NCBI GenBank assembly: GCA_934273635.1
Contig: CAKQSV010000003.1
Location: 44,975 to 108,974 of the forward strand
Direction of reading: 5' to 3'
Source: an uncultured Alphaproteobacteria bacterium
GTDB taxonomy: Bacteria > Pseudomonadota > Alphaproteobacteria > RF32 > CAG-239
Length of the DNA: 64,000 nt
Shown in pieces: positions 19,549-29,908 of this stretch; the stretch's first letter is position 1; each line of letters begins with the position of its first letter. The notes beneath the pieces are model-generated. The model worked only from the letters and a program-made list of their open reading frames with translations, was not told the origin of the DNA and made no database searches. The position numbers and the translations under genes were made by a program.

Positions 19549-19576
19549 ATTTTTATTTTAACAATCGGATAAAATT

Positions 19577-20410
19577 ATGCTACATATCGGATGTCATCTT
19601 TCAGCCGCAAAGGGCTTTTTACATATGGGAAAAGAGGCGTTATCTATCGGCGCCGACACTTTTCAGTTTTTTACACGCAATCCGCGCGGCGGCAATGCCA
19701 AAGAGATTTCTCATCAAGATGTGCAAAGTTTTCTGAAACTCAGTCATGAACATAATTTTGCCCCGATTTTGGCGCACGCCCCCTACACTATCAACCCTTG
19801 TTCCGACAATCCGCAAACGCGTGAATTTGCTGAAATGGCCATGACTGACGATATGAAACGGATGGCGTTTGTGGATGGCAATCTGTATAATTTTCACCCC
19901 GGAAGTCATGTCGGGCAAGGCGTCGAGACAGCCATAACTCTGATTGCGGATCTGCTTAACCGCGTGTTGCAACCAGACCTGAACACCACAGTTTTATTAG
20001 AGACGATGTCAGGTAAAGGCAGCGAGGTCGGCTCGCGTTTTGAGGAGCTGCAAGACATTATCAGCCGCGTGGAATTGTCCGACAAGCTAGGCGTGTGTTT
20101 GGATACGTGTCATATTTATTCCGCAGGTTATGATATTGTAAACAATCTGGACGGGGTGTTGGAAGAGTTTGATAAAATTATCGGGCTGAAACGCTTGCGC
20201 GCGATTCATCTTAACGATTCAATGACGCCGTTTGCCTCCCACAAAGACCGACACGAAAAAATCGGACAAGGGACTATCGGCGCCGAAGCACTCATCCGTT
20301 TGGTCAATCACCCCAAACTCAAGCACCTGCCATTTTTGCTGGAGACGCCGAACGAACTGTCGGGTTATGCGCAAGAAATTTTGCTGTTTCGGAATAACTT
20401 TAACGGCTAA
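19577..20410 (+). CDS. nfo: endonuclease IV (AP endonuclease, Nfo family)
   Basis: 277-aa TIM-barrel AP endonuclease-like sequence (HAPY..., ...[11 protein letters not shown]..., CLDTCH). Confidence 0.8.
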   Translation: MLHIGCHLSAAKGFLHMGKEALSIGADTFQFFTRNPRGGNAKEISHQDVQSFLKLSHEHNFAPILAHAPYTINPCSDNPQTREFAEMAMTDDMKRMAFVDGNLYNFHPGSHVGQGVETAITLIADLLNRVLQPDLNTTVLLETMSGKGSEVGSRFEELQDIISRVELSDKLGVCLDTCHIYSAGYDIVNNLDGVLEEFDKIIGLKRLRAIHLNDSMTPFASHKDRHEKIGQGTIGAEALIRLVNHPKLKHLPFLLETPNELSGYAQEILLFRNNFNG

Positions 20411-20863
20411 AGCGTTGACATTGTTTCTAAATCAAGAAGTTTTTGTTTTATCTCGGTGCCGCCGCCATAGCCGCCAAGCGCGCCGCTATTGAGCACAACA
20501 CGGTGGCAGGGGATGATAATCGGTAACGGATTTTTGTGGGCGGCGCTGCCTATCGCCCTGCTGCATTGGGGATTGCCAAACATCTCCGCCACTTGTTTAT
20601 AGCTCCAGACCTTGCCGTAGGGAATCTGCCGCAGGATATTCCACACTTTTATTTGAAACTCAGTTCCGACAAGTTTGGTCGGCACCGTAAAGTTTTGACG
20701 GGTGCCGTTCATATATTCCGCAATCTCGGCTTTGGCTTGTTTGAGAACCGCTGTTTCTTTGTGTTTGCCCTCCAACGGCGTAAAGCTCACCCGCAATAAT
20801 GCCTTGTCATCGGCGCCAAGCCACAAACGACCGATACCGGTTGTCATTGTCGATATGTACATG
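20407..20863 (-). CDS. ogt: methylated-DNA-protein-cysteine methyltransferase
   Basis: PCHRVV active-site motif. N-terminus resembles Ogt. Start chosen at the ATG preceded by AGGAAG; the ORF-track TTG lies 17 nt further upstream. Confidence 0.8.
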
Positions 20864-20886
20864 AAACTCTTCCTCATCAAAAAAAA

Positions 20887-20915
20887 GCTATCCGACTTAT
20901 GACAAGCAGGATAGC
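20887..20915 (-). terminator. hairpin terminator between the small membrane-protein gene and ogt
   Basis: GCTATCC...GGATAGC stem with a minus-strand T-run. Confidence 0.4.
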
Positions 20916-20939
20916 CTCGAAAAACAATTTTGACAATTA

Positions 20940-21284
20940 TTATTTATCTAAAATAACTTTTATCAGATTAAGCAGGAACACAACCACCAAAAAGGCAAAC
21001 GCTCTGACCAAAATGATATATAAGCTGCCGCTGGTGCCAATGACAATATATTGAATTATTAACGAAGTTGCGGCGGCAACACCGGTGTTTATCATCCAAT
21101 ATTTACTGTTGTTCATAAAAATAAAGGCACAAACGGCGGCGGGACCGAAAATCAGCGGATTTTCAAGCCAAACCAACGTGTTTGAAACCAACATATTAAT
21201 GTAGCTGATACGCATAAATTTGCCGATTAAAATCAACAGAAGACCCATTGCAAATAAAAACAAGTAGGTTTGTCTTTTACTCAT
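20940..21284 (-). CDS. small polytopic membrane protein (114 aa, about 4 TM)
   Basis: Hydrophobic ORF at the edge of the glycosyltransferase cluster. Confidence 0.4.
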   Translation of the reverse strand: MSKRQTYLFLFAMGLLLILIGKFMRISYINMLVSNTLVWLENPLIFGPAAVCAFIFMNNSKYWMINTGVAAATSLIIQYIVIGTSGSLYIILVRAFAFLVVVFLLNLIKVILDK

Positions 21285-21395
21285 ATTGCATACTCCAAAT
21301 ATTTTTGTTCTCGGACTAATGTAGCCAATTTATATAAAAAGAAAATCCATTTTAGCGGGATTTGCACAACTTTCACCCCTATCCTTGCGCTGCGT

Positions 21396-22232
21396 TTATT
21401 TGCCACGCCAAAGAGCCAACCGGCGACGCAAGCGATTGTACACACTACAAGTGTTTTTGTGGCGGCGGATGCACTCCGGATTACCTTTGGTACGGTGATA
21501 AAAGGCAACGGCGTCATCCTCGTTTTGCAAGGGGAAGAGTTGCGCGTTTTCAGGCGCGTCCGACACCGCCCAAACCACGTTTTCTTTAACCACGCGCGCG
21601 GGTTGTCCGGCAACAATGCAATGCGGCGGCACGCTCTTGCTGACAATACAGCCAAAGCCCAAAATACAGCCGTTGCCCAGTGTGACGCCCTTCAAAACCG
21701 TGGTTTTGCGCCCTACCCAGACGTTATCTTCAATCACAACGTCTTTATTGGGGTTGAGCCGTTTGCCCGAAAAGTCATAAATCGGGTGATAGTCGGTGTT
21801 ATAAATGACAGTATCGGCCAAGCCACAGTCGCCCAAGGTGATTTTTCCGCCTTTGGCGGCAACCAACGGCGGCCAGGTGCACCACAAGCGTTTGGCGGTG
21901 ATTTCCGCCCCGTCTTTAAGGTCAAACTCGCCGGTCAGCGTGGAGTTGGCGCCAATATCCAAATGCGACTTGTCGTAGGCGTAAACCCCAACTTTCATCA
22001 TCTCGGTATTGCGCCCGATGTGCACATGGGAATCTTTAATCATAAAAATAGTGCCTTCCATATACACGCCGTCGTCAATCTCGAGCGATGAGTTGCCGAA
22101 CAGTTTGATTTTGGTGTTGCGCATAAATACGTTTTTGCCAAAGGTCACCTGATTGTTGCCGCCTTTCAAATAAACATCGGAACACTTCCAATATGACGGC
22201 ACGCCGTTGATGTGATTGTTATGTCTGCTCAT
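21396..22232 (-). CDS. left-handed beta-helix (hexapeptide-repeat) acyl/acetyltransferase
   Basis: Repeated [LIV]G-x-x-x-x hexapeptides (IGRNTEM, IGANSTL, ITLGDCGL, VTLGNGCILG). Confidence 0.7.
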   Translation of the reverse strand: MSRHNNHINGVPSYWKCSDVYLKGGNNQVTFGKNVFMRNTKIKLFGNSSLEIDDGVYMEGTIFMIKDSHVHIGRNTEMMKVGVYAYDKSHLDIGANSTLTGEFDLKDGAEITAKRLWCTWPPLVAAKGGKITLGDCGLADTVIYNTDYHPIYDFSGKRLNPNKDVVIEDNVWVGRKTTVLKGVTLGNGCILGFGCIVSKSVPPHCIVAGQPARVVKENVVWAVSDAPENAQLFPLQNEDDAVAFYHRTKGNPECIRRHKNTCSVYNRLRRRLALWRGK

Positions 22233-22235
22233 TTG

Positions 22236-23192
22236 TTATCCTTGTTTTTCAGGAAGTTTGAAACCGAACTCCGAGGCTATCAGGTCAATAATCTCTTGCC
22301 TGCGGTAGACGGCTTTGCCCTGCCCTTGATCGACCCAAACCGAGTGACCGCTGTGACCTTGCCATTGGTGTTGGTAGTATTGCGCGCGTTTTTGCGCGTC
22401 AAGCAGCGGATCGCAAATTTTATAGCCTTTCTCTATGCCTTTGCAGAAGATATACGCGCCAATGTCGGCGTCTCGGTAATAATTGCCAAAATAGCCCTGA
22501 GACCAAGCGCTCACCTCGCGCAATTTGGCAACATCAGCCAGACAGCTCCACTCATTGACGCGGCAATCCATTTTGTAGCCGTCTTTACGGGTGAAGTTTT
22601 TAATATCTTGAGCAGGTGATTTCGGCGTTAGAGGCCACGTCGGCGACGGACGCTCACCGTTCATAATTTTGGTCGGGGAGCAAATCTCCTTAAACCCGCA
22701 ACGCCAACACTGCCCTAAATCGCCCACCAAAAACAATTTATCGTCTTGGGCGAAGCTTTGCAAATACAAATCTATCACATTGTCGACAAAACGCACATCA
22801 TCATGGATGATATAAAGATATTTTTTGTCGGTGTGGTCGATGGCGTATTGATAGCGAATATTGTCAACATTGTGCTCATAAGACGGACTGACAAAGCGCA
22901 CCCAATGTTGCAACATATATTTCCAATCCATATAGTCGGCGCGTTTCCAACGCGGATAAACCTCTCTGACCCAAACATTGCGCGGATTTTCTCGTACATT
23001 TAACTTCCACGGGCGGAAATATTCCTGCACCTCAGGCGCAAGATAAACGCCGCAGGTGCCGTCGCCGGAGCGGTCATCGTTGATATAGACCGTGTCAACC
23101 ATATCTTCAGCCACGCGTTTGAGGGTCATCAAGGTATAAATCAGAGATTCCGGTTTTTTGAAAGAATTTACGGCAACGTCAACTTTTGTCAT
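22236..23192 (-). CDS. putative nucleotide-sugar transferase (GT-A-like), unknown family
   Basis: N-terminal beta-strand plus DDRSGDG and IIHDD acidic motifs. Trp/Cys-rich C-terminal half. The start overlaps the upstream GT2 stop by 4 nt. Confidence 0.4.
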   Translation of the reverse strand: MTKVDVAVNSFKKPESLIYTLMTLKRVAEDMVDTVYINDDRSGDGTCGVYLAPEVQEYFRPWKLNVRENPRNVWVREVYPRWKRADYMDWKYMLQHWVRFVSPSYEHNVDNIRYQYAIDHTDKKYLYIIHDDVRFVDNVIDLYLQSFAQDDKLFLVGDLGQCWRCGFKEICSPTKIMNGERPSPTWPLTPKSPAQDIKNFTRKDGYKMDCRVNEWSCLADVAKLREVSAWSQGYFGNYYRDADIGAYIFCKGIEKGYKICDPLLDAQKRAQYYQHQWQGHSGHSVWVDQGQGKAVYRRQEIIDLIASEFGFKLPEKQG

Positions 23193-24178
23193 ACAAACAA
23201 CCTCGCTAACTTATAGTTTCCACGGAAAAACAATTGGCACGCCAACCATTTTCTGACACCAAGCAGTTGCGGACGCAACGCGCCCTCGCCAGCCAAAGAG
23301 ACGGCATATTCCCGCGCTTTTTTCAAAGACGCCAAACGGGTTTTCTCATCTTTCAGGCGGCGCAGAGGTTGCGAAACCACCGACTTGAAGATAAAACGAG
23401 TGATGTATTTTTGCAAAATTTTGCGCTCGTTAGCGGCTTTGACGCGGGATGATTTGAGAAAATAATCCGACATAATTTTACCGGCCTCGGCATGCGACTT
23501 GATGTATTTGTCGTTAATGCCACGGTTCATAACCGAGGTTGAACTGTCCCGATAATAAAGAAGTTGCGTGTCGGTGTGAATAAGGCTCATGGTGTGAAAC
23601 ATAACCTTAAGGCTGAAGACCGTATCTTCGGCAGGTTGCACATTGACCGGAAACTCAATGCCGGCAATCGCGTCTTTTTTATACAAACGATTCCAAACCA
23701 ACACCGAACCGCCGCGTTTGTTCTTAAAATAAAAATTAAACGGATTTTGATAAACTTCAAACTTGATGTCGTCCAATTTATACGACGGTGGATTTTGCAA
23801 CACAAAATCATCGGGCACGGTTTTGTTGACAAACTCGGCAACGTCATAATTGCCTTTTTGTATCAGATAATACAAAACTTCCATAGCCTGCGGGTGGAGC
23901 ATATCGTCCTGATCAAGCAGTGCTACATAAGGCGCGGTTGCTTCTTTAAGCCCGTGATTGCGCGCCGCCGAACACCCCGCGTTGGGCTGGTTTATCAAGC
24001 GAAAGCGAGCGTCTTTCTCGGCAAAGGACTTAACAATATCTTCGGTGCGGTCGGTTGAGCCGTCATTAACGCACAAGACCTCAAAATCCTTAAAGGTTTG
24101 CGCGGCAACGGAATTCAGACACGGCCATAAATATTTTTCGGCATTATAAAGGGGAATAATTAAAGAAATTAAAGGCAT
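23189..24178 (-). CDS. family-2 glycosyltransferase
   Basis: ISLIIPLYNAEKYL...CVNDGSTD...LDQDD are canonical GT2 motifs. Confidence 0.85.
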   Translation of the reverse strand: MPLISLIIPLYNAEKYLWPCLNSVAAQTFKDFEVLCVNDGSTDRTEDIVKSFAEKDARFRLINQPNAGCSAARNHGLKEATAPYVALLDQDDMLHPQAMEVLYYLIQKGNYDVAEFVNKTVPDDFVLQNPPSYKLDDIKFEVYQNPFNFYFKNKRGGSVLVWNRLYKKDAIAGIEFPVNVQPAEDTVFSLKVMFHTMSLIHTDTQLLYYRDSSTSVMNRGINDKYIKSHAEAGKIMSDYFLKSSRVKAANERKILQKYITRFIFKSVVSQPLRRLKDEKTRLASLKKAREYAVSLAGEGALRPQLLGVRKWLACQLFFRGNYKLARLFV

Positions 24179-24297
24179 TTGCTATCCTTCAAGAGTTGTA
24201 AACAATACCCAATCTTATAACGGTAATCCGCCGTTTTTGCAACTATTTTAAACTGTTTGTTAAGTGTAATCATTTATGCTCTTAAATAAGGAGAATT

Positions 24298-25347
24298 TTG
24301 ATGAAACAGATTAAAGCCGCGATTATTTCTATTGCCGCAACCTCTCTCTCTGACGAAGAAAAGAGGTTGCTCGCCGCGCATCGACCGTTGGGCGTTTCGT
24401 TATTCGCACGCAATATTGAAAATCCCGAACAGCTCAAAACCTTAACTCAAAGTATTAGAGACGCGGTTGAAACCGATGATATACTGATTGCTATTGATCA
24501 GGAAGGCGGACGGGTTTGTCGACTTAAACACCCCTTATGGCGAAAATATATGTCACAGGCGGCTATCGGCGCACTGCCACTCGTACAAGCGCGACAAGCC
24601 GCTGAATTACACGCGCGTTTGATTGCCGACGATTTGCACCACGCAGGTATAAACTGCAACTTTGCGCCAACGTTGGATGTTTGCACGCCTGATATTACCG
24701 CCGCGCTCAAAAGCCGTTGTTTCAGCTATGATGAAAAATTAACCGCCAGACTCGGGCAAGTGATGTTTGACGCTTATAATCAAGCGGGAATCGTGCCTTG
24801 CATCAAGCATTTTGCCGGTCACAGCGGCGCGCGTAACGACCCGCACTTGCAATTATCAATCATCAGCAAAACGAATCGCCGCTATTTTTATCCGTTTGCA
24901 CAAATCGCCCCGCAAGCGCTGATGGGTATGACCGCGCATATTGTGTTGCAAGAATTTGACTCTCTGCCGATTACGATGTCCGCCAGGGTTATACGCTCGC
25001 TTATCCGCGAAGAATTCGGTTTCAAGGGGTTGTTGGTCTCTGACGCCTTGGAAATGCGGGCTTTATCCGGCTCGTTGGCTGAAAAAACACAGGCGGCAAT
25101 TATGGCCGGTTGCAATGCCGCGCTCTATTGCAAGGGGGATATTGACGGGTTGCGCACGGTTTTGGACAACTGCGGATACATTTCCGATGAGAATCGCGAG
25201 ACATTACAACGTATTTTTGCCCTCACCCATCGGCCTTATGCCTCCGAAAACATTGAAAGTATGGACGCTGAATATGCCAATTATGTGGCGCAAGCTCCTG
25301 AAATTGTTGATGATTATGACGCGGTTGAGGTTTTGAATAAGCTTTAA
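24298..25347 (+). CDS. nagZ: beta-N-acetylhexosaminidase (GH3, NagZ-like)
   Basis: IAIDQEGGRV and KHF(P/A)GHG motifs. Confidence 0.85.
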   Translation: MMKQIKAAIISIAATSLSDEEKRLLAAHRPLGVSLFARNIENPEQLKTLTQSIRDAVETDDILIAIDQEGGRVCRLKHPLWRKYMSQAAIGALPLVQARQAAELHARLIADDLHHAGINCNFAPTLDVCTPDITAALKSRCFSYDEKLTARLGQVMFDAYNQAGIVPCIKHFAGHSGARNDPHLQLSIISKTNRRYFYPFAQIAPQALMGMTAHIVLQEFDSLPITMSARVIRSLIREEFGFKGLLVSDALEMRALSGSLAEKTQAAIMAGCNAALYCKGDIDGLRTVLDNCGYISDENRETLQRIFALTHRPYASENIESMDAEYANYVAQAPEIVDDYDAVEVLNKL

Positions 25348-25603
25348 AACAAAAAAGTCACCTTAAGAGGTGACTGGAAGTTGAGGACTATATAGAGAAT
25401 AGTGCGACATATTAACCGGATAGTCTTTCGGTTTATTTTGCCACCTTCCAGCCATATAACCAAAAGGCATGCAATTTATCGTCTTTACACTGACGCTCTA
25501 TTGGATTCTCACAACCAAGGCAGCGCTAACTGCTCCACTTCTAAGAATACATAAAATATTGCATAAGTCAAAGCCTAAAATTGATTATTTCATAACTAAA
25601 TGC

Positions 25604-25640
25604 AAAAAAAGCGCAATAATTATATAATTACTGCGCTTTA
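25604..25640 (-). terminator. rho-independent terminator after malQ (bidirectional-looking)
   Basis: AGCGCAATAATT/AATTACTGCGCT hairpin with a minus-strand T7. Confidence 0.55.
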
Positions 25641-25657
25641 GCCTTTCAATATCCTGT

Positions 25658-27805
25658 TTATCTTTCGGCTTTTATAGATGCTATATTTCTGATATAAGCC
25701 CTATCGCCCTCAAGTTTTTCTAACGATACGGGCAATTTGCGCCGCCAATTGGGATGTTTGTCAATATCCGTCCCCGGGAGATTCTGCAATTTTTCAACGT
25801 GCAAAATATCTTCCAACTGCGCCAAAAAGACTTTGGACGCCGATTTTGCCACATAGCGGTTGACAGCTTCTTCAATGCCCTCAGGGTAAGCCTCGCCATA
25901 GAGATAATCACCCTTGCGGCGGTTATCCTCCGGCCACACACCACTACCATCAAGCGCTTTCAGCAACAGACGGCGGTCGGTTTCGCGTTTGTGATAAGCG
26001 GCGGTCGTGTCTTCGGCACTGACGAGTTTGAGGTCTTTCATTAACGCCAAATCGTAGCCAAACCACCACATACGCAACGGGCTCATATCGTGCGTGCCTA
26101 CCGAGGTAAACGCCTTTTCAGGGTATTCACTCGGCGCGCAGAAATCGCCCCACCCCGAATCCTTGCGCTCTGCCCACAAAACGCTCAGCGAATAAATGCG
26201 TTTGTCTTGTAAAGCCTCTAAGAATCCTTCAGGCACGTTGCCAATGCTCTCGCCCACGATATGACACTGATTGAGGCAGCTCTCAATCGCCAAAATGTTC
26301 ATCATATCCTTGAAGTTGTAGTAGATATAAGTACCAAAATCCTCACTGTCTGGAATAACATATAATCTCATCAATCCCATAACGTGGTCAATGCGCAAGG
26401 CGCCGGCATTGTGCATATTGGCTCTTAAAATTTTGATAAACGGCTCATACGCGGCATCTTTCAAAACATAGGGATTAAACGCGCCAAGGCACCATCTTTG
26501 ACCGGTGGTAAAAAAGGCATCAGGCGGAGCGCCGGCGCCGCTTTCTTTGATGAACAAATCGTTTTCAGCCCAAAGTTCGGCGCTGTCTTTGCCGACACCG
26601 ACCGCCAAATCGCGATACAATCCGACTTTTAGCCCGCACTTGTCAATCAAAGCGCAAGCCTGATTGAACTGTCTGTCAGCTTCAAACTGCATAAATTTAA
26701 AAAATTCAAAACGCTCGGCATTGGCCGCGCAATAGTCTTTGACCGCCTTGGATGACGGGTTGCGGAACTCGGGTTCCCAAGAGTTCCAACCGCCCCATGA
26801 CTGTTGATGTTTGTCGGTATAAAGCAGTTGAAACGCCGCCAGTTTATCCAAATCTTCGCCGTATTGCGCACAAAAAGCTTTATAATCCTGCTGGCGGTCA
26901 TAGTTTTTCTCGGCACGGAAGCGCGCGTAGGCTTTCTCAAGCATTTTGACTTTCAGCGGATAGACCTCTTCATACTTAATCAACTCGCTGCCGCGCAACT
27001 CCTGCAATTTGCCTTCAAGCCCTTGCATATCCTCAGCCCTAAACTCCGGCACGCGCTCAACGTCAATATAAATCGGGTTGAGAAACAAACGGCTGATAGA
27101 ACAATACGGGCTCGCGTTTTCAGGAAAATCGTGCATTAGCACGTTCAGCGGATTAAGCCCGATAACATCGGCGCCGCAACGACCGCAGATTTTGATAAAC
27201 TCCGCCAAATCGGTAAAGTCGCCAACACCCCAGTTGCGCTCGCTGCGAACCGAATAAAGCTGCAAAGCATAACCCCAAACTTTAGAGTTGCGAATCACCG
27301 GATTTTCATAACAGCTATCGGGAGCGACCGCCAACACCATTTTATATTTGTTGCCGCTAATTTCTAAATTTACATCATAGTAACCAACCGCCAACTGATT
27401 GTAGATTTTGAAACTCCATTTGATATATTCCGTTTTGCCAATCATCCGGCGTTCTTTGGTGTCAAAAATCTGAAAATTAACATCTTCAACCTGACCGGTT
27501 TGACGATTGCTCAGGCTGAACTTGAACTCAGACGGAGCGACATCGGAGGCGACAACAGCGTCAAACCAAATGTCGGCGCAGCTCACAACGTTAATGCTCT
27601 CAAGCGTTTTTTGCCAACGACGTTTATCAAAGTCAGCCAACGACTTGGTTATCTCTTCATCGGTACCGGCTTTATAACCCAACTTTTCAGCAAAAAAGCG
27701 CACAACTTTGTCTTCAACCTTATATTCCTTAGGAACAAGACCGCCGTCTCTGAACGAGGTGGCTATACCTAACTTATCAGCAAGCTGCTGCAACAATCCG
27801 TTCAT
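25658..27805 (-). CDS. malQ: 4-alpha-glucanotransferase (amylomaltase)
   Basis: 715-aa GH77-like protein with an N-terminal extension. Conserved GH77 blocks (LRIDHVMGL..., VGESIG...). Confidence 0.85.
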   Translation of the reverse strand: MNGLLQQLADKLGIATSFRDGGLVPKEYKVEDKVVRFFAEKLGYKAGTDEEITKSLADFDKRRWQKTLESINVVSCADIWFDAVVASDVAPSEFKFSLSNRQTGQVEDVNFQIFDTKERRMIGKTEYIKWSFKIYNQLAVGYYDVNLEISGNKYKMVLAVAPDSCYENPVIRNSKVWGYALQLYSVRSERNWGVGDFTDLAEFIKICGRCGADVIGLNPLNVLMHDFPENASPYCSISRLFLNPIYIDVERVPEFRAEDMQGLEGKLQELRGSELIKYEEVYPLKVKMLEKAYARFRAEKNYDRQQDYKAFCAQYGEDLDKLAAFQLLYTDKHQQSWGGWNSWEPEFRNPSSKAVKDYCAANAERFEFFKFMQFEADRQFNQACALIDKCGLKVGLYRDLAVGVGKDSAELWAENDLFIKESGAGAPPDAFFTTGQRWCLGAFNPYVLKDAAYEPFIKILRANMHNAGALRIDHVMGLMRLYVIPDSEDFGTYIYYNFKDMMNILAIESCLNQCHIVGESIGNVPEGFLEALQDKRIYSLSVLWAERKDSGWGDFCAPSEYPEKAFTSVGTHDMSPLRMWWFGYDLALMKDLKLVSAEDTTAAYHKRETDRRLLLKALDGSGVWPEDNRRKGDYLYGEAYPEGIEEAVNRYVAKSASKVFLAQLEDILHVEKLQNLPGTDIDKHPNWRRKLPVSLEKLEGDRAYIRNIASIKAER

Positions 27806-27814
27806 AAAAATCTC

Positions 27815-29893
27815 CTAATTTTTAATTTCAAATAATAAAACACTCCACGCCGGAACTTGGATAACGCTTCCGGAGCTGATTTTCTTTTCGTTCTCGAATT
27901 TGGCGGAGCTGTCAACTAACAGGTTCCAACCGCCGCGACCACCGATACTGGGCAGTTGCCAATCCAAACTATAAAAGTTGGCATTAAAAATACACATATA
28001 AAACTTGTTGTCGGCATAAACGCAATATGCCAGTGCCCGACGATTGCCGTCATGCCAATCGTCACCGCTCATCTCTGCTCCGCGCTCGTTATACCAACTG
28101 ATGTCTTTGACGCCCTCGCTCACCTCTTTACCGCTGAAAAAATGACGGCGGTTGAAAATCGGATTAGAGCGACGAATCCGAATCAATTTCGCCACAAAAT
28201 CCGCCAACTCCAGATTGCGTTCCGACAGTGCCTCCCACGCAATCCACGTCAGCACATTATCCTGACAATAGGGATTATTATTGCCATACTGAGGCTGTGC
28301 AAACTCGTCTCCGGCAACCAACATCGGCGTGCCGAACGACAGCAACAAGGTTGCTAACATGGCGCGCATACGGCAATAGCGATTATCAATAATCTGGCGG
28401 TTGTCGGTCTCGCCCTCGGCGCCCGAGTTCCAACTCCAGTTACTGTCGGTGCCGTCGCAGTTATTTTCGCCATTGCTTTGGTTGTGCTTGCAGTTATAGC
28501 TAACCAAATCGTGCAGGTTGAAACCATCGTGCGCCGTGATGAAATTAACACTACTCCAAATATCGCGATTGTGATAATTAAACACATCGCTTGAACCGGC
28601 CAAGCGGCTTGCCAATTCTGCCGTTTGATACTGGTCGCCTTTCCAAAAACGGCGGACGACATCGCGGTATTTATCGTTCCACTCTGCCCAACCTGACGGA
28701 AAAGCCCCCACTTGATAACCGGCATAGCCGATATCCCACGGCTCGGCAATCAGCTTAACCTGTTTGAGCACCCTATCTTGCGCTACGGCATATAAAAAAC
28801 CGCTTTGTTGCGTGAAGCCCCTATCAATACGGCTCAGGGTTGGCGCTAGGTCAAAACGGAATCCGTCAACGTGCATTTGCTCCACCCAATAGCGCAACGA
28901 ATCCATTACCAACTCCAACACATAGCGGTTTTGCAGGTTGAAACTGGCGCCGCAGCCGGTGCTGTCGTAATAATAACGGCGGTTGTCGGGGTTGAGCACA
29001 TAATACGAGCTGTTGTCTATGCCGCGATAACAAAGCGTCGGGCCAAGTTGGTTGCCCTCGCCGGTGTGGTTATACACCACATCCAACAGCACCTCGATGT
29101 TTTGCGCGTGCAGTTTTTTGACCAACTGTTTGAACTCGTCAATATTGTCCTGATAAAGATAATGCTGTTCGGGCGCAAAAAAGCTAAAGCTCTCGTAGCC
29201 CCAATAATTATCCTTAATGTAGCCTTTTTTATGACGGTTGCCCATAAACGCGTGAATTGGTAAAAACTCAACCGCGGTTATGCCTAAGTTGTGCAAATGC
29301 TTGATAACGGCGTCGCGTCCAAAACCCGCAAAGCGTCCTCGTTCGGCATCGGGAATCTGAGGATGAAGTTTGGTGTAGCCGCGCAAGTGTGTCTCATAAA
29401 TCACCGAATTTTCCATCGGGTGCGCGGGGTGTTTATCCTCGCCCCAATCAAAGGCGTTGTCATCCACCACCACCGACTTAGGCACATAGGGCGCGCTGTC
29501 TAGCGGTGAAAACGACAAGTCTTTATCCGGACTATCCCAATCGTAACCAAAAATTGCCTTATGCCAAATCAGTTTGCCGACCAGTTTTTTGCCGTACGGG
29601 TCATACAACAATTTGTTAGGATTAAAGCGCAAGCCTTCTTCGGGTTTATACTGTCCATAGACGCGGTAGCCATACACCTGCCCCACGCTCGCGCCCTCAA
29701 GGTATATATGCCAAATGTTATTGTCATTTTCGGCAATCTCGTAGCGCTCCAGTTCGGTTGAGCCGGACTCGTCAAACAGGCATAATTCTACCTTTTCGGC
29801 ATGAGCCGAAAACAATGCAAAGTTCACGCCCTTTGCATCGGGCGTTGACCCCAACGGATAAGTTTTTCCGCTTAATGTTTTGAACTTTGACAT
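27815..29893 (-). CDS. glgX: glycogen debranching enzyme (GlgX/TreX family)
   Basis: GH13 motifs (DVVYNHT, GFRFDLA, EPWD) plus an N-terminal CBM48-like region. Confidence 0.85.
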   Translation of the reverse strand: MSKFKTLSGKTYPLGSTPDAKGVNFALFSAHAEKVELCLFDESGSTELERYEIAENDNNIWHIYLEGASVGQVYGYRVYGQYKPEEGLRFNPNKLLYDPYGKKLVGKLIWHKAIFGYDWDSPDKDLSFSPLDSAPYVPKSVVVDDNAFDWGEDKHPAHPMENSVIYETHLRGYTKLHPQIPDAERGRFAGFGRDAVIKHLHNLGITAVEFLPIHAFMGNRHKKGYIKDNYWGYESFSFFAPEQHYLYQDNIDEFKQLVKKLHAQNIEVLLDVVYNHTGEGNQLGPTLCYRGIDNSSYYVLNPDNRRYYYDSTGCGASFNLQNRYVLELVMDSLRYWVEQMHVDGFRFDLAPTLSRIDRGFTQQSGFLYAVAQDRVLKQVKLIAEPWDIGYAGYQVGAFPSGWAEWNDKYRDVVRRFWKGDQYQTAELASRLAGSSDVFNYHNRDIWSSVNFITAHDGFNLHDLVSYNCKHNQSNGENNCDGTDSNWSWNSGAEGETDNRQIIDNRYCRMRAMLATLLLSFGTPMLVAGDEFAQPQYGNNNPYCQDNVLTWIAWEALSERNLELADFVAKLIRIRRSNPIFNRRHFFSGKEVSEGVKDISWYNERGAEMSGDDWHDGNRRALAYCVYADNKFYMCIFNANFYSLDWQLPSIGGRGGWNLLVDSSAKFENEKKISSGSVIQVPAWSVLLFEIKN

Positions 29894-29908
29894 TGTTTTC
29901 TCTCCTGA

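Noticed and set aside
21270-22091. 273-aa plus-strand ORF
   Set aside because: Antisense to the hexapeptide acyltransferase, whose repeat motifs are convincing on the minus strand.
25530-25560. CCAAGGCAG 9-mer identical to part of the SRP (4.5S) RNA helix-8 consensus
   Set aside because: The flanking GGUCCGGAAGGAAGCAGCC and pairing partner sequences are absent, so this is a chance match.
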